37,568 nucleotides of DNA from Proteobacteria bacterium UBA7821 (GTDB lineage: Bacteria > Pseudomonadota > Gammaproteobacteria > Comchoanobacterales > Comchoanobacteraceae), in contig DLBP01000019.1 in NCBI GenBank assembly GCA_002480165.1, positions 1-37,568 of the forward strand. Direction: 5' to 3'. Positions within the stretch are counted from its first letter, which is position 1. Each line of letters starts with the position of its first letter. The translations under genes and the position numbers were made by a program. Positions 1 through 11,851 of this stretch are shown one piece after another. Below the pieces are notes generated by a model. The model ran no database searches. It had not been told where the DNA came from and saw only the letters and a program-made list of their open reading frames with translations.

Positions 1-546
1 TATGGCGATGAGTAGAAAGATAGAGCCAATAAAAGTGTATAAAAAAAACTTTGTAGCAGCATAAGATCGGTTTGTAGAACCCCATATTCCAATACACAAA
101 TACATCGGAATTAACATCGCCTCAAAAAAGACAAAGAACAGCAGTGCATCTTGTGAGCAGAACAAACCGTTCATCAACCCCTGTAAAATCAGGAAAATGG
201 CACAATAAGCAGATTGCTGATGGTCAACTAGGGCTTTTGATGTGACCAGAACGGCCAAGGTTATCACAGAACTTAAACTAATCAGCATGAGTGCCAGACC
301 ATCACAAGCAAGGTGATAGTCGCTGTTTAACATAGGTAGCCAACGAATGACCTCGACAAACTGTAAGTCTGGTATGAGTGGATCAAATACGACGATGAGA
401 TAGCTGTTTGCAACAAGTGTGATCATTGCAGATAACATGGCCAGTCGATCATTCGATTGATGCGTGGCTGACCGGCGGCTTAAGAGCAGGATAGCAAAGG
501 CGATGGGCTGCCAAATCAACAAGCTTAGAACGGGGATACTTATCAT
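1..546 (-). CDS. nuoM: NADH-quinone oxidoreductase subunit M, N-terminal 182 codons (runs off window edge)
   Basis: Not in the ORF track because it is open to position 1. My minus-strand translation from ATG 546..544 gives MISIPVLSLLIWQPIAFAILLL...LFFVFFEAMLIPMYLCIGIWGS...KFFLYTFIGSIFLLIAI, typical of the NuoM/ND4 N-terminus. An AGGTG SD lies in the 12-nt gap after the nuoL stop, and the position after nuoL fits. Confidence 0.85.
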   Translation of the reverse strand, partial: MISIPVLSLLIWQPIAFAILLLSRRSATHQSNDRLAMLSAMITLVANSYLIVVFDPLIPDLQFVEVIRWLPMLNSDYHLACDGLALMLISLSSVITLAVLVTSKALVDHQQSAYCAIFLILQGLMNGLFCSQDALLFFVFFEAMLIPMYLCIGIWGSTNRSYAATKFFLYTFIGSIFLLIAI

Positions 547-558
547 CTGAAACACCTA

Positions 559-2505
559 TTAAAACAGTAACACTCTAATTAAAAACATAACCAGTATTGC
601 CGATGAGACTAGGTAAATCGTATACCTTAGATAGTCAAATAATTGACCACTCAATTGACTACTGGTTGATTTGGACTGTTCACGTAATAATCTACTGATG
701 CTTTCAACGGCAATTCGGTCGATTAATAATTGATCAAGCAAGCGACTAGCGCATCTAGCCAGGCATAGTACGGTCGCAGTGAGTGACTGATAGAGCCTAT
801 CAAAACCAAATTTGTTAACTAAAACCATATGGATCATGGCTATTAGACGACTATTAGTTGGTATGAAGCGACTGCCTTGGTGATATCTGATAACGGTCAG
901 ACTCGCGGTAATGATGACCAGCCACAAAATAGGCCCTTCAAACGCATGGAGCAGAACCTGGGATGGCTCACGAAAGTCAGCTAGGAATTGTTGTCTCGCT
1001 TGTAGATGAGATGGGGTGAGAAAGATAACCGCATTCAATTGACCCAAGAAGTCCATGCGATTTAGCCAGTAGCCCAATGCAACGCTCGGCACGGCTAGAA
1101 TAATGAGTGGTAGGGTGACCATTAAACCCGGCTCTTTGATAGTGTGTGTGTGACTAGAATTATGACCATGAAAGACAAGCGCTAGCAGTCTAAAGCTATA
1201 CAGTGCAGTGACAACGGCCGATGTCGATAGTAGCCATGATGCACTCGATGCCAGTGGTGCATGTGAGTGTGCAACAGCCATTAAAATTAAGTCTTTGGAA
1301 AAAAAGCCAGACAGTGGTGGTAGCGCCACCAATGACAAACTTCCGATTAAAAAACAAACATAGGTGATTGGTAATCGAGTCGCTAGCCCACCCATTTTTT
1401 CGATGTTTTGCTCATGGTGTAATGCGATAATCACAGAGCCACAGCCCAGAAATAACAGTGCCTTGAATGCAGCGTGAGTGGTTAAGTGAAAGATTGCAAG
1501 ATCGTATGCGGACACACCGGTTGCCGCTGCCATGTAGCCGAGTTGTGACAGTGTTGAATATGCGACAACGCGCTTAATATCAGTCTGGACTACAGCGACT
1601 AAACCAAGTGATAGCGCACCAACACTGCCTAAGATTAATATGATGGATTGGACATGGGGGGCTGATTCAAATAAAATAGACAGCCTTGCGATCATATAAA
1701 TACCCGCTGTGACCATAGTCGCAGCGTGAATGAGCGCAGAGATCGGCGTCGGACCTTCCATTGAATCGGGTAACCAGACATGCAATGGTATTTGTGCAGA
1801 TTTTGCCATAGCCCCCATAAACATACAAAAGGCCACTAGTTCAATCCCAGGTATTTGCTGGCCAAATAGTATCCAGCTTGAGTGTTGTTCAATCAATGGT
1901 AGAGCTTGGTTAATACTGTTGAAGTTTAGATCTCCGGAATGACTCACAATGATAGCCGTACCACAGATTAGACCAAAATCGCCTAGCCGATTGACCAGAA
2001 ACGCTTTTAGGCTAGCATTAGCAGCCGAATCCTTTTGATGCCAGAAACCAATCAGTAAATAAGAGACAACGCCAACGCCTTCCCAGCCAAAAAACAGTTG
2101 CAGAAAGTTATCAGCACAAACGAGTGTTAGCATCATGAATGTAAATAGTGATACCAGTGAGAAAAATCTCTGGTAGCCAAGGTCGTCTTTCATATAACCC
2201 ACGCTATAAATGTGGACTAATAATGAGACAAAGCTCACCACACATAGCATCGTTGCAGTTAGAACATCGACGTAGACTCGAATTGGCACGTTATCTAGCC
2301 AGTAAAATACAGTGGCCTCCATGTGTGTTTGGTCCATGTTGAGTAACATGGCTGTTAGTGTGAAGGCAATCACACAAGTCAGGCCCATTAGACTAATACA
2401 GATCCGGTGTGTTGTTGTGTGTGTGACAATCGGTTGCATGACCATCGCTTGGACACTAGATAGCAGTGGTAGGATGAGTAGTAACTTGAGTAGTAGAGTG
2501 CTCAT
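559..2505 (-). CDS. nuoL: NADH-quinone oxidoreductase subunit L
   Basis: 648-aa polytopic membrane ORF with ND5/NuoL-like motifs (FFGWEGVG, SAQIPLHVWLPDSMEGPTPISALIHAATMV). Operon position is between nuoK and nuoM. Confidence 0.93.
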   Translation of the reverse strand: MSTLLLKLLLILPLLSSVQAMVMQPIVTHTTTHRICISLMGLTCVIAFTLTAMLLNMDQTHMEATVFYWLDNVPIRVYVDVLTATMLCVVSFVSLLVHIYSVGYMKDDLGYQRFFSLVSLFTFMMLTLVCADNFLQLFFGWEGVGVVSYLLIGFWHQKDSAANASLKAFLVNRLGDFGLICGTAIIVSHSGDLNFNSINQALPLIEQHSSWILFGQQIPGIELVAFCMFMGAMAKSAQIPLHVWLPDSMEGPTPISALIHAATMVTAGIYMIARLSILFESAPHVQSIILILGSVGALSLGLVAVVQTDIKRVVAYSTLSQLGYMAAATGVSAYDLAIFHLTTHAAFKALLFLGCGSVIIALHHEQNIEKMGGLATRLPITYVCFLIGSLSLVALPPLSGFFSKDLILMAVAHSHAPLASSASWLLSTSAVVTALYSFRLLALVFHGHNSSHTHTIKEPGLMVTLPLIILAVPSVALGYWLNRMDFLGQLNAVIFLTPSHLQARQQFLADFREPSQVLLHAFEGPILWLVIITASLTVIRYHQGSRFIPTNSRLIAMIHMVLVNKFGFDRLYQSLTATVLCLARCASRLLDQLLIDRIAVESISRLLREQSKSTSSQLSGQLFDYLRYTIYLVSSAILVMFLIRVLLF

Positions 2506-2510
2506 ATTGA

Positions 2511-2819
2511 TTAGCCTTTTAACTGATTTAGGGTATCACTACTGATGTACTTAGGATTATCACTGTACAGTGCGATCAGTAAGCCAAGGCCAATCGCTGA
2601 CTCGGCAGCAGCGACAGTTAGATTAAAGAATACGAAAGCTTGACCATGGATGTTCTGGTGCAGCTGAGAGAATGCGATAAAGTTGGTGTTAATCGACAGG
2701 AGCATGAGTTCGATACACATAAAAAGCGAGATAAAATTACCACGGTTGTGGATCAACCCAATCAAACTCAGAGCGAATATAAGCATTGAAATGACGACTA
2801 GGTTTTGAATATCAATCAT
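2511..2819 (-). CDS. nuoK: NADH-quinone oxidoreductase subunit K
   Basis: 102-aa, 3-TM ORF (…CIELMLLSINTNF…AAAESAIGLGLL…), ND4L-like. Overlaps the nuoJ stop by 8 nt. Confidence 0.9.
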   Translation of the reverse strand: MIDIQNLVVISMLIFALSLIGLIHNRGNFISLFMCIELMLLSINTNFIAFSQLHQNIHGQAFVFFNLTVAAAESAIGLGLLIALYSDNPKYISSDTLNQLKG

Positions 2820-3429
2820 CGTTCTCCCTCAAATCTATTAATTGAATGCGCTGCTCATTTGAAGCATCAATCTGCTCGCTGATTGTCTGCCGCTTACCAC
2901 GGCTGCTGGGCTGTATATTGATGTGGCAAAGGCTCACACCTCCGATTGCAGCAATCAATAGTAATAGCCCACAGATGTGAAATTCAACGGATAGGTTGGT
3001 ATATAAAACCGCCCCCAATTGTTGGACATTGTTTTCCATGGTTAGCACCAAATCAGGTGATGGTTTAAATACAAGATAGAATGTCTCATTGGCTGCGTAA
3101 ATTAGTAAGGCAGCTGGAATAATCACGAATAAAAGCCCCCACGGAACGGCCTGATTGGTTGGGAATGTATTGAGATTGATCATCATGACAACAAACAGAA
3201 ATAACGTCATGACTGCACCAACGTAGACAAAGATCAGAAGGAGCCCTAAAAATTCAGCCTGTGTGAAAATCCACAGTATTGCTGCTAGAATAAAGGAGAA
3301 AATTAACGACATGACAGCAGTGACAGGCTTTCTAGAAAAAACAACGGTCAATGATGAGTATATAAGCGCGATTGCAAAACTATAAAATAAAAAGCTAGCT
3401 GGTCCCAGATTCTCAAACATAGGGTTCAT
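2812..3429 (-). CDS. nuoJ: NADH-quinone oxidoreductase subunit J
   Basis: Membrane ORF in the nuoJ position. I prefer the start at MNPMFENLG (ATG 3429..3427, or 3420) over the track start 3474, which would overlap nuoI by 62 nt. Confidence 0.85.
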   Translation of the reverse strand: MNPMFENLGPASFLFYSFAIALIYSSLTVVFSRKPVTAVMSLIFSFILAAILWIFTQAEFLGLLLIFVYVGAVMTLFLFVVMMINLNTFPTNQAVPWGLLFVIIPAALLIYAANETFYLVFKPSPDLVLTMENNVQQLGAVLYTNLSVEFHICGLLLLIAAIGGVSLCHINIQPSSRGKRQTISEQIDASNEQRIQLIDLRENDD

Positions 3430-3904
3430 TGTCCTGTCGGTTTTGGGCAATTTTCGACTCGTATGCGCGACCAATATTCAGTAGCATTTCCTTATCCATG
3501 ATATTATCACCTCGTCCTTTGATGGTGTAGTTTTGTAAGTCCGTCAGTACGATGGAGTCAACTGGACAGGCTTCTTGGCACAGACCGCAGTGTATGCATA
3601 AAAACGTATCGATATCAAAACGCGTTGTTCTGCGTGTGCCGTCTGATCTCATTTGTGACTCGATGGTAATCGCCAGAGCTGGACAAGTGACTTCACACAA
3701 GCGACAAGCAATACAACGTTCCTCACCAGTATCTGGGTACTCTCTTAGTGCTAAGGCGCCACGATTTCTTGGGGACTTGGGGATGGTTCCTTGCTCTGGG
3801 TATTGCAGTGTAACAGCTGGTTTGATGAAATTTCGCCCAGTCACAGCGAGGCCCTTGAGGAAATCAAAGAGCAACAGGTTTATGATCGATCTGATGATTT
3901 TCAT
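3413..3904 (-). CDS. nuoI: NADH-quinone oxidoreductase subunit I (2x[4Fe-4S] ferredoxin-type)
   Basis: Two CxxCxxCxxxCP motifs ([24 protein letters not shown]). Start chosen at MKIIRS (ATG 3904..3902), forming an ATGA overlap with the nuoH stop. The track start 3979 lies inside nuoH. Confidence 0.9.
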   Translation of the reverse strand: MKIIRSIINLLLFDFLKGLAVTGRNFIKPAVTLQYPEQGTIPKSPRNRGALALREYPDTGEERCIACRLCEVTCPALAITIESQMRSDGTRRTTRFDIDTFLCIHCGLCQEACPVDSIVLTDLQNYTIKGRGDNIMDKEMLLNIGRAYESKIAQNRQDNEPYV

Positions 3905-4914
3905 AGCCATCCCCCAAGTTGTAAATACAGAGAGATGATAAGAACCCAGGCCAGCGCAACCGGTATGAGTACTTTCCAACCAAGCGACATGAGTTGATCA
4001 TAACGGTATCTTGGGAATGTTGAACGAAACCACAAAAACAGAAATAGAAATAGGCATGTTTTGATAACAAACCAGAACAAACCGGGTACCCAAGATGTCC
4101 ATGTTTCTAGGAATACGATGCCTTGGAATGGGGAAAGCCAGCCGCCTAAAAATGCGGTTGTTGCCAGTGCCGACACCAAGGTCATATTGGCATACTCAGC
4201 TAAAAAAAACAGTGCAAACGTGATCCCTGAGTATTCAACTTGGTAACCAGCAACAATTTCTGACTCCCCTTCTGCCATGTCAAATGGTAAGCGATTGGTC
4301 TCAGCAACAGCGGATATCCAATAGACGATTAGGGCAGGAAATAAAGGCCATATATACCAGTTAAGTACACTGCCTGATTGCGCTAAGACGATGGTTGATA
4401 GGTTCATTGATCCACTCAGTAGTAAGACACTGACTAAAGCAAAACCCATTGCGATTTCATAGGAAATAACCTGGGCAGCACATCGCATTGAGCCCATGAT
4501 GGCATAGATCGAATTAGACGACCAACCAGACAATAAAAAGCCATATGCCCCGAGTGAGCTCATGGCCATCACATACAAGAGCCCGGCATTGATATCAGCT
4601 AATACCAGACCTTGATCAAATGGGATAACAGCCCAGGCAGCCAGTGCTGGCGCAATGGCCATCACTGGCGCAAGCAAAAAAAAGAAATGGTGAGAGCGTT
4701 TGGGTGAAATGATTTCTTTAAAGAGTAATTTGATGGCATCAGCGATGGGTTGGAGGCAGCCATTGTAACCCACTCGATTAGGACCAACACGACCATGCAT
4801 GTAGGCAATGACTTTTCGTTCAATCGTGGTGAGATAGGCCACGAATACAATCAGTGGAATAATGATGAGTAATATTTTAAACAAGATCCAAAGTAATAGA
4901 GTCACTTCTGTCAT
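3901..4914 (-). CDS. nuoH: NADH-quinone oxidoreductase subunit H
   Basis: 337-aa polytopic ORF, ND1-like (…[17 protein letters not shown]…, …[25 protein letters not shown]…). ATGA overlap with nuoG. Confidence 0.93.
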   Translation of the reverse strand: MTEVTLLLWILFKILLIIIPLIVFVAYLTTIERKVIAYMHGRVGPNRVGYNGCLQPIADAIKLLFKEIISPKRSHHFFFLLAPVMAIAPALAAWAVIPFDQGLVLADINAGLLYVMAMSSLGAYGFLLSGWSSNSIYAIMGSMRCAAQVISYEIAMGFALVSVLLLSGSMNLSTIVLAQSGSVLNWYIWPLFPALIVYWISAVAETNRLPFDMAEGESEIVAGYQVEYSGITFALFFLAEYANMTLVSALATTAFLGGWLSPFQGIVFLETWTSWVPGLFWFVIKTCLFLFLFLWFRSTFPRYRYDQLMSLGWKVLIPVALAWVLIISLYLQLGGWL

Positions 4915-7289
4915 GTTTGGTCACCCTCAACCGATGATAGTGTGATGTGCCCAATCGCCGGGAGTGGTAACACGCTATCACATCCCTGGTGGATCGCACT
5001 ACAGCCAATGGGTATGCTGAGATTGAATTCACAGGGTAATTGAATTGTTTTGTACTGGGATTTGATAGTAACCACTTGCTTATTGCGTATCGCGTACTGC
5101 TTTGCTGTATCGGGGTGAATTAAGAGCTTAGATTGGTTTAGCGTCTGTTGCAGTGCAGAAGCTCGTCTAACTAGCGCGTCTGATTTAAAAGGCGACCAAT
5201 AGTTGTGGTTCATGAGTTTGTGGTTAAGGGGTTTAACAGACTCTGGCTCTTTGGTGGGTATGCGAGTGAATGATGGGGACATGGTGTTGAATTGATTGTT
5301 AATTGTCTGTGACAGTGTGGTAATGTCACTGACAATCGGGTGGTTATTGGACAACAGGTGACACAGTTTTTGAAGGACTACCCAGCCAGGGCGAGAATTA
5401 TAACGGTGTGGCATGGCTTGAGAGAAACTCTGCCACTGGCCGCAAATATTAATGAAAGTACCAGCGTTCTCAACGTGGCTCGACAGTGGTAGTATGATAT
5501 CGGCATGCTGTTCGAGAGACGGGCTACGATAACTATGGAAAGCGATGACACAATTGGCATGTTCAAGCGCTGACCTAGCTAGATGACCATCGAAGCAGTC
5601 TAAATCTGGCTCAACTTGGTATAGAATATAGTTTGCTGAACGCTGTTGCCAGGCATGTGTGATGTGTTGCCCAACGGTTTCAGGCGTTTGGCCAAATGGC
5701 TTTCGATGAGGAAGCATGCCAGTAATCCATGCTCCGGCAGTATTGGGCCCATCTGTGATTAGGATTAACTTTGAACCAGTTTTTTTAGCCAAACGCTTGG
5801 CAATTCGTCTAATCTGGCTAGATTGAGGATGCGATTGTGCGGATAATCCAAGCACGATCAAACTCTGATTAGACGCAGTCAGATCATCGATGATGGCTTG
5901 TCCAGATTTGCTAGATGAGTCAGGTAAGTTTGGAGCAACTTCATCTGATGCCAGCATGAGCCATCCAGACAAGGTGTGTGCGAATTGTTGTGGGCTGACA
6001 ATGCACCGATGACCTTGAGGATAGTTGGACTCAAAATCTAGCATGTTTAACTCATGAACTCGTGACTGATGTTGTTGGGTTGCCTGTCTTATTCGGTGGT
6101 TAAACAATGGTGCTTCAGCCCGAGTATTGCCACCGATCATTAAAATGGATTCCATCGTCTCAACCGCTTCGAGAGATAAATCCAGGCTGCCAGGATAGAG
6201 TGGCATCTCAGCTTGATCACTGAAGTCGCATTCTTTTAAACGGTGGTCGAAGTTGACGCATTGATAGTGATCTAGCCATTGTCTGAACAGATACATTTCT
6301 TCTAGCGTTGCCGTTGGGTTAATAATGCCATATAGGTTGTCTGGTGACACATGCTCGAGCTTAGCTTGTACAGCATACAGTGCGTTTTGCCAAGTTACTT
6401 CTTCCCATTTGCCAGATTTTTTCATCATGGGTTGTTTGAGTCTCTGATGGTGCTCAAGTCCCTGGTAGCTGAATCGATCTCGATTGCTAATCCAGTTTTG
6501 GTTGATTGTTTCGTTGGCACGGGGAACGACACGAGTAACGCGGTTTTTTTCTGACGACTTTTTGTCAACAATGTGATAATAAAGGTGACTTCCAACACAG
6601 TCGTGTGGCGAAATGCTATGGTGCTGCGTGTATTCCCATGAGCGTCCGTGATATCGATGGGGCTTTGATGTGAGAGCGCCGACAGGGCAGAGGTCAATGA
6701 CATTGCCAGACAGTTCTGATTCCATTGAATGCTTGAGATAGGTACTAATGCGAGTGTTTTCGCCTCGGCCAGTCATTCCAAGCTCTGGCATCCCGGCAAC
6801 TTCATCACCAAATCTCACACATCGAGAGCAGTGAATGCATCGCGTCATGTCTGTTGCGATGAGTGGGCCAAGGTTTTCATCGGCCACAGTTCGTTTCGCC
6901 TGTTGATAATCGGTCTCACCAAAACCATAGCCCATTGAGACATCTTGCAATTCACATTCACCACCTTGATCACAGATTGGGCAGTCTAGTGGGTGGTTGA
7001 TGAGTAAGAATTCCATGATGGCTCGTTGTGCCTCGATGGCCAGCTCTGATTTAGTTCTAACAACCATACCATCTGATACAATTGTTTTGCAGGCTGGTAG
7101 TGGTTTGTTGGACTGTTCAACATCAACCAGGCACATTCGGCAGCTTGCAACGACCGATAGCTTTGGGTGGTAACAGAATCTCGGGATTGATATCCCATGT
7201 CGATCAGCGGCAGCAATGACGCTTTCACCAGGCTGACACTGAACCGATTGGCCATTGATTTCAATTTGAATGGTTGGGTTATCGGTCAT
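4911..7289 (-). CDS. nuoG: NADH-quinone oxidoreductase subunit G (75-kDa Fe-S subunit)
   Basis: 792 aa. N-terminal 2Fe-2S/4Fe-4S cysteine motifs ([44 protein letters not shown]), followed by a molybdopterin-oxidoreductase-like domain. Confidence 0.93.
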   Translation of the reverse strand: MTDNPTIQIEINGQSVQCQPGESVIAAADRHGISIPRFCYHPKLSVVASCRMCLVDVEQSNKPLPACKTIVSDGMVVRTKSELAIEAQRAIMEFLLINHPLDCPICDQGGECELQDVSMGYGFGETDYQQAKRTVADENLGPLIATDMTRCIHCSRCVRFGDEVAGMPELGMTGRGENTRISTYLKHSMESELSGNVIDLCPVGALTSKPHRYHGRSWEYTQHHSISPHDCVGSHLYYHIVDKKSSEKNRVTRVVPRANETINQNWISNRDRFSYQGLEHHQRLKQPMMKKSGKWEEVTWQNALYAVQAKLEHVSPDNLYGIINPTATLEEMYLFRQWLDHYQCVNFDHRLKECDFSDQAEMPLYPGSLDLSLEAVETMESILMIGGNTRAEAPLFNHRIRQATQQHQSRVHELNMLDFESNYPQGHRCIVSPQQFAHTLSGWLMLASDEVAPNLPDSSSKSGQAIIDDLTASNQSLIVLGLSAQSHPQSSQIRRIAKRLAKKTGSKLILITDGPNTAGAWITGMLPHRKPFGQTPETVGQHITHAWQQRSANYILYQVEPDLDCFDGHLARSALEHANCVIAFHSYRSPSLEQHADIILPLSSHVENAGTFINICGQWQSFSQAMPHRYNSRPGWVVLQKLCHLLSNNHPIVSDITTLSQTINNQFNTMSPSFTRIPTKEPESVKPLNHKLMNHNYWSPFKSDALVRRASALQQTLNQSKLLIHPDTAKQYAIRNKQVVTIKSQYKTIQLPCEFNLSIPIGCSAIHQGCDSVLPLPAIGHITLSSVEGDQT

Positions 7290-8575
7290 GATTTTTTCCT
7301 ACCTTTAACCATTGAGTGTCCGTGCTCAGCGAAGTAGATGAATTCATCTGAAAAGTGTTGTAGAAAACTGGTCACAGGCCAAGCAACAGCCTCCCCAAAT
7401 GCACAGATAGTCTTCCCTTCTATATTGCCAGCTATGCGACATAGAGACTCAACGGCTGCAACGGAGCTTTTGCCATTAAGCAGTTCAATGAGTGTGCGAT
7501 AGATCCAAGGCGTTCCTTCTCGGCATGGTGTGCATTGGCCACATGATTCGTGCTTATAGAAGTTCATTAAACAGGTAAGTATTTCTACCATACAGCAAGT
7601 CTCATCCAGTACAATCACAGCGCCAGTGCCGATTGCCGATCCGGCCGCTTTAAGGCTGGCATAATCCATGTGAATATTGAGCATGACCTCAGCTGGTAGT
7701 ATCTTCATCGAGCTCCCACCAGGTATCACTGCTTTGAGACGATTGCCATCTCTAATACCACCGACTTTATCGAGTAGTTCTGTGAATGGTATACCGAGAG
7801 GTAGCTCCATGATTTTAGGTCGCATCACGTGCCCGCTAACGCAGAATATCTTGGTACCACCACTGTTTTCGCTATGGTAGTTTTTATACCAGGATGGTCC
7901 CTGTTGTATAATAACCGGTAAACTGGCAAGTGTTTCTGTATTGTTGATGGTAGTAGGACAGCCATACAGGCCACTCATGGCCGGAAATGGTGGTTTGGCT
8001 CTGGGATAGGCTCGTTTACCTTCGAGAGATTCAAGCATGGCTGTCTCTTCGCCAACAATATAGGAGCCAGCACCACTCACATTATAGATGTCAATAGTCA
8101 GTCCACTATTGAAAATATTCTGGCCAACGTAACCTTGTTCACGCGCTTCTTCAAGTGCTTTCTCCATGCGTTGATAGGGTACGTCAAATTCCCCTCGAAG
8201 GTAATTGTAAACAACACTGGCACCGATGGCATAAGCCGCAATTAATAACCCTTCGATTAGCTGGTGTGGATTTTCAGATAAAATGAACCGATCTTTACTG
8301 GTGCCGGGCTCGCCCTCATCGGAATTACAGACTAGATATTTAATGGTATCGGCAGATTTGGGCATGAATGACATTTTCAGCCCACTCGGAAATGCAGCGC
8401 CACCTCGCCCAACAAGACCGGATGCTTTGATTGCCTCAATGATTGTATCTGCAGGAGTCTGATTAGTAATGATGTCTTTAATGACCTCATAGCCACCGAT
8501 AGCCTGGTATGTGCTGAGGTGATGACTGTTGGGATAAGCCAGTGTTCTATAGCAAACAGGACCTGGTTCAATCAT
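7286..8575 (-). CDS. nuoF: NADH-quinone oxidoreductase subunit F (NADH/FMN-binding)
   Basis: 429 aa with GRGGAAFPSGLK, a GEPGT-type motif and the ESCGQCTPCREG 4Fe-4S motif. Confidence 0.95.
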   Translation of the reverse strand: MIEPGPVCYRTLAYPNSHHLSTYQAIGGYEVIKDIITNQTPADTIIEAIKASGLVGRGGAAFPSGLKMSFMPKSADTIKYLVCNSDEGEPGTSKDRFILSENPHQLIEGLLIAAYAIGASVVYNYLRGEFDVPYQRMEKALEEAREQGYVGQNIFNSGLTIDIYNVSGAGSYIVGEETAMLESLEGKRAYPRAKPPFPAMSGLYGCPTTINNTETLASLPVIIQQGPSWYKNYHSENSGGTKIFCVSGHVMRPKIMELPLGIPFTELLDKVGGIRDGNRLKAVIPGGSSMKILPAEVMLNIHMDYASLKAAGSAIGTGAVIVLDETCCMVEILTCLMNFYKHESCGQCTPCREGTPWIYRTLIELLNGKSSVAAVESLCRIAGNIEGKTICAFGEAVAWPVTSFLQHFSDEFIYFAEHGHSMVKGRKKS

Positions 8576-9074
8576 TTGGCACCTCGTTTGTTGTGAGCCC
8601 GTGAAGGATTTGATCCAGTTTGGTGGCAGTCACTTCTTCATGATAGACCGCATCATTGACTAGGATAGCAGGGGCTCCTGCACAGGCAGCAATACACTCT
8701 GTTTCCTCAAGTGTGAAGCGGCCACATGGTGTCGTCTCTCCCAGTTTTATCCCTAATTTTTTCTCACACAGATGGATTAAATCTTGACTCGCGCATAGAT
8801 AGCATGAAATGCTGTTGCAGACTTTGATAACATGTTTGCCTGGTTTCTTACGCCGATACAGACTATAGAATTCAACAACCTCATAGGCATAGATCCTGGG
8901 TAGTGATAGGTGATCAGCTACAGCATCAATAGCCTGTTCACTTAACCAGCCATACTCATCTTGAACAACGCGCAGGGCCATTAGTAATGCAGAACGTTTT
9001 TGATCGACTGGGAATTTACTCGAACAGTGATCAATTTTGTTAATCATGGCGGCTGTGAGTATGGGATTGCTCAT
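8568..9074 (-). CDS. nuoE: NADH-quinone oxidoreductase subunit E (2Fe-2S)
   Basis: 168 aa, thioredoxin-like ferredoxin pattern (C…SCYLC…CIAACAGAP). Operon position fits. Confidence 0.9.
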   Translation of the reverse strand: MSNPILTAAMINKIDHCSSKFPVDQKRSALLMALRVVQDEYGWLSEQAIDAVADHLSLPRIYAYEVVEFYSLYRRKKPGKHVIKVCNSISCYLCASQDLIHLCEKKLGIKLGETTPCGRFTLEETECIAACAGAPAILVNDAVYHEEVTATKLDQILHGLTTNEVPND

Positions 9075-10327
9075 CGGTCAATCTCTCCGAATACAATATC
9101 AAGCGATGATAATATCGCGACAACATCAGCGAGCATGTGACCTTGGCAGAGTTCTTCTAAACACGATAGGTGTGTGAAGCCAGCAGGTCGAACCTTTAGG
9201 CGATAGGGTTTATTGCTACCATCTGACACTAAGTAAATGCCAAGCTCACCTTTGGGGTGTTCAACCGCTGCGTAAGTTTCTCCAGCAGGTAGTGTGATGC
9301 CTTCTGTGTAGAGTTTGAAATGGTGAATCATTGCTTCCATATTATTTTTTAAATCATAACGTGATGGTGGAGAGATTTTAGGGTCTTCCACCTTAATGGG
9401 TCCTGGGTTTAGACGAAGCCACTGGATGCATTGTTGAATGATTTTATTGGATTCACGCATTTCTGCCATTCTTACCAAATAGCGATCATAACAATCGCCA
9501 TGTTTGCCAACAGGGATTTTAAAATCGAGTTCATTGTAGCATTCGTACGGTTGTTTTCGTCTTAAGTCCCAAGCAACACCGGAGCCCCTCAGCATGGGTC
9601 CTGTCATGCCGACACGAATGGCACGATCAGCAGAAATCACACCAATATCAACCGTCCTTTGTTTAAACACGCGGTTATCGGTCAGAAGGTTTTCGTACTC
9701 ATCCACTTTACTGGGAAACTGTTGGCAAAATGATTCGATGAAGTCGAGTAGGCTGCCTTGTCGATTTTCGTTGAGTGCATCGAGTTTTTGATTGGATATC
9801 CAAGGCGTTTTTTCGTAATTTCTCATGCTATCGGGTAGATCTTGAGAGACACCGCCAGGCCGATAGTAAGTGGCATGCATGCGCGATCCTGAGACGGCTT
9901 CGTAGCAGTCGATTAACGTTTCTCTTTCTCTAAAGGCATACAAAAAAACGGCCATGGCCCCCAGATCAAGTGCATGTGACCCCAGCCAGAGTAGGTGGTT
10001 CATGATGCGTGTGATTTCATCAAACATCACTCGAATGTACTGTGCTCTAATTGGTACGGTTGTATTTAATAACTTTTCAATGGCCAATACGTAGGCATGC
10101 TCATTACACATCATCGACACATAATCCATGCGGTCCATGTAACCAATATTGTGATGGTAAGGTTTAGACTCAGCGAGTTTTTCGGTGCCTCTGTGTAGCA
10201 GTCCAATGTGTGGGTCCGCACGAACAACTGTCTCGCCATCAAGTTCTAAAATCAAACGCAACACACCGTGTGCTGCTGGGTGTTGTGGGCCAAAATTAAC
10301 CGTATAGTGTCTGAGTTGATGGCTCAT
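9071..10327 (-). CDS. nuoD: NADH-quinone oxidoreductase subunit D (49-kDa)
   Basis: 418 aa with [15 protein letters not shown] and a C-terminal …[13 protein letters not shown]. Separate from nuoC (not the E. coli-type C-D fusion). Confidence 0.95.
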   Translation of the reverse strand: MSHQLRHYTVNFGPQHPAAHGVLRLILELDGETVVRADPHIGLLHRGTEKLAESKPYHHNIGYMDRMDYVSMMCNEHAYVLAIEKLLNTTVPIRAQYIRVMFDEITRIMNHLLWLGSHALDLGAMAVFLYAFRERETLIDCYEAVSGSRMHATYYRPGGVSQDLPDSMRNYEKTPWISNQKLDALNENRQGSLLDFIESFCQQFPSKVDEYENLLTDNRVFKQRTVDIGVISADRAIRVGMTGPMLRGSGVAWDLRRKQPYECYNELDFKIPVGKHGDCYDRYLVRMAEMRESNKIIQQCIQWLRLNPGPIKVEDPKISPPSRYDLKNNMEAMIHHFKLYTEGITLPAGETYAAVEHPKGELGIYLVSDGSNKPYRLKVRPAGFTHLSCLEELCQGHMLADVVAILSSLDIVFGEIDR

Positions 10328-11019
10328 TGTTCGGGGCTGCCTTTGCTGTGAGTGTATCGGCTATCATCGCGAATCGTTTTGCCGACAGATACTCTATTTT
10401 CGATGGTCACGGGTTGGTATACCACTCGTTTTTCACGAGCGTCGTAGCGCATCTCGGTTCTACCAATAAGCGGGAAGTCTTTACGAAATGGATAACCTTT
10501 AAAGCCATAATCTGTCAGTATCCGTCTTAAATCGGGATGTTGATGAAACACAATACCAAACATATCGTAGGTTTCGCGTTCAAGCCAATTTGCATTTGGC
10601 CACAGTGTTGTGATACTTGAGGTTTCTGGTGGGTTTTTGTTGAGGAGGGCATGAATTCTAATCCGCCAATTGTAGACCGTTGACAACAGTTGATACACGA
10701 CAACAAAACGTGTGTCTGGCTCAGTTGGGTGACTGCTGGCTTTAAGTGCTGTGGTTGCGCGACTGTAGCCTGTATTGGCGTTATCTGTTTTCCACTCAGA
10801 CTCACCGTAGTGGAGGTAGTCAACGGCAGTAATATCAATCAGCTGATTGAATTGACACGTCATTGATTCCTTGAGCCATTGGAGTAGAGCGAGTGTGTTG
10901 GATGCATGGATTTGGTAAGTTAGGTCAGTGGAAACCGTTAATTTGGTTGGTTTAAAAGGGCATTGCTGTGAGATGATTTGTTCCAGATCCGCATGGTGAT
11001 GTGGGTAATGCTTGCTCAT
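10324..11019 (-). CDS. nuoC: NADH-quinone oxidoreductase subunit C (30-kDa)
   Basis: 231 aa with …[41 protein letters not shown]…, typical of NuoC. Confidence 0.92.
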   Translation of the reverse strand: MSKHYPHHHADLEQIISQQCPFKPTKLTVSTDLTYQIHASNTLALLQWLKESMTCQFNQLIDITAVDYLHYGESEWKTDNANTGYSRATTALKASSHPTEPDTRFVVVYQLLSTVYNWRIRIHALLNKNPPETSSITTLWPNANWLERETYDMFGIVFHQHPDLRRILTDYGFKGYPFRKDFPLIGRTEMRYDAREKRVVYQPVTIENRVSVGKTIRDDSRYTHSKGSPEQ

Positions 11020-11504
11020 GATGAATGCCTATCGAAGTGGTAGTTACCCTTGATTTTTTCTTTGAGTTGTATGATTCCGTAGACCAGTGCTTCAGCAGTA
11101 GGTGGGCACCCTGGGACATAGATGTCGACTGGGATAATCCGGTCGCAGCCACGAACAACAGAATACGAGTAATGGTAGTAGCCACCCCCATTTGCACATG
11201 AGCCCATTGAGATGACGTATTTTCTTTCTGGCATTAAGTCATAGATTTGTCTAAGTGCAGGGGCCATTTTATTACACAGTGTTCCTGCAACAATCATCAC
11301 ATCTGACTGACGGGGGCTTGGTCGGTAGAAAACGCCAAATCGATCGGTATCAAGTCGTGGGCCCGCGGAATGCATCATCTCGACGGCACAGCATGCAAGC
11401 CCAAAGCTAACGGGCCACAGAGAGCCTGACTCGGCCCAGGCAATCAATTGATCAACGGTTGTTAATGCGTAGCCATTGTTACCGTCTTGGTTAGTCATGA
11501 CCAT
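11016..11504 (-). CDS. nuoB: NADH-quinone oxidoreductase subunit B (20-kDa, N2 cluster)
   Basis: 162 aa with [21 protein letters not shown] and VPGCPP motifs. The alternative start 11498 would give an ATGA overlap with nuoA. Confidence 0.95.
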   Translation of the reverse strand: MVMTNQDGNNGYALTTVDQLIAWAESGSLWPVSFGLACCAVEMMHSAGPRLDTDRFGVFYRPSPRQSDVMIVAGTLCNKMAPALRQIYDLMPERKYVISMGSCANGGGYYHYSYSVVRGCDRIIPVDIYVPGCPPTAEALVYGIIQLKEKIKGNYHFDRHSS

Positions 11505-11851
11505 TCAAGTGCTCCACGTTGCCATTCATAGATGAATCCAGCAATTAAGATGGCTAAAAAGCCAAGCATATTTAGGTAGCCGGTGAGGCCGATGGTATCA
11601 AGGCTAACCGCCCATGGAAATAAAAAGGACGTTTCAACGTCGAATAGTATGAATAAAATAGCCATGAGATAAAACTTAATATTGAATGGTGTTCTTGCAT
11701 TTTGTGAGGGTGGAAAGCCACATTCGTATGGTGCGGACTTTTGATCATTCGGGGCGGCTGGTGCGATGAGTTTTGCGATCAGAATTGGTATGATGCCAAA
11801 AGCGATGCCAACAAAAATCATGAGTAGTATCGCGAGGTATTCGGTTAGCAT
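11495..11851 (-). CDS. nuoA: NADH-quinone oxidoreductase subunit A
   Basis: 118-aa, 3-TM ORF with …YECGF…FDVE..FLFPWA…. First gene of the nuo block. Confidence 0.92.
   Translation of the reverse strand: MLTEYLAILLMIFVGIAFGIIPILIAKLIAPAAPNDQKSAPYECGFPPSQNARTPFNIKFYLMAILFILFDVETSFLFPWAVSLDTIGLTGYLNMLGFLAILIAGFIYEWQRGALEWS

Noticed and set aside
1730-11197. Numerous 60-130-aa ORFs antisense to, or out of frame within, the nuo genes (e.g. 1730..1942, 3552..3938, 6425..6703, 10527..10838, 10952..11197).
   Set aside because: They lie wholly inside strongly recognisable nuo coding sequences, have no start context, and their low-complexity translations are typical of shadow ORFs.
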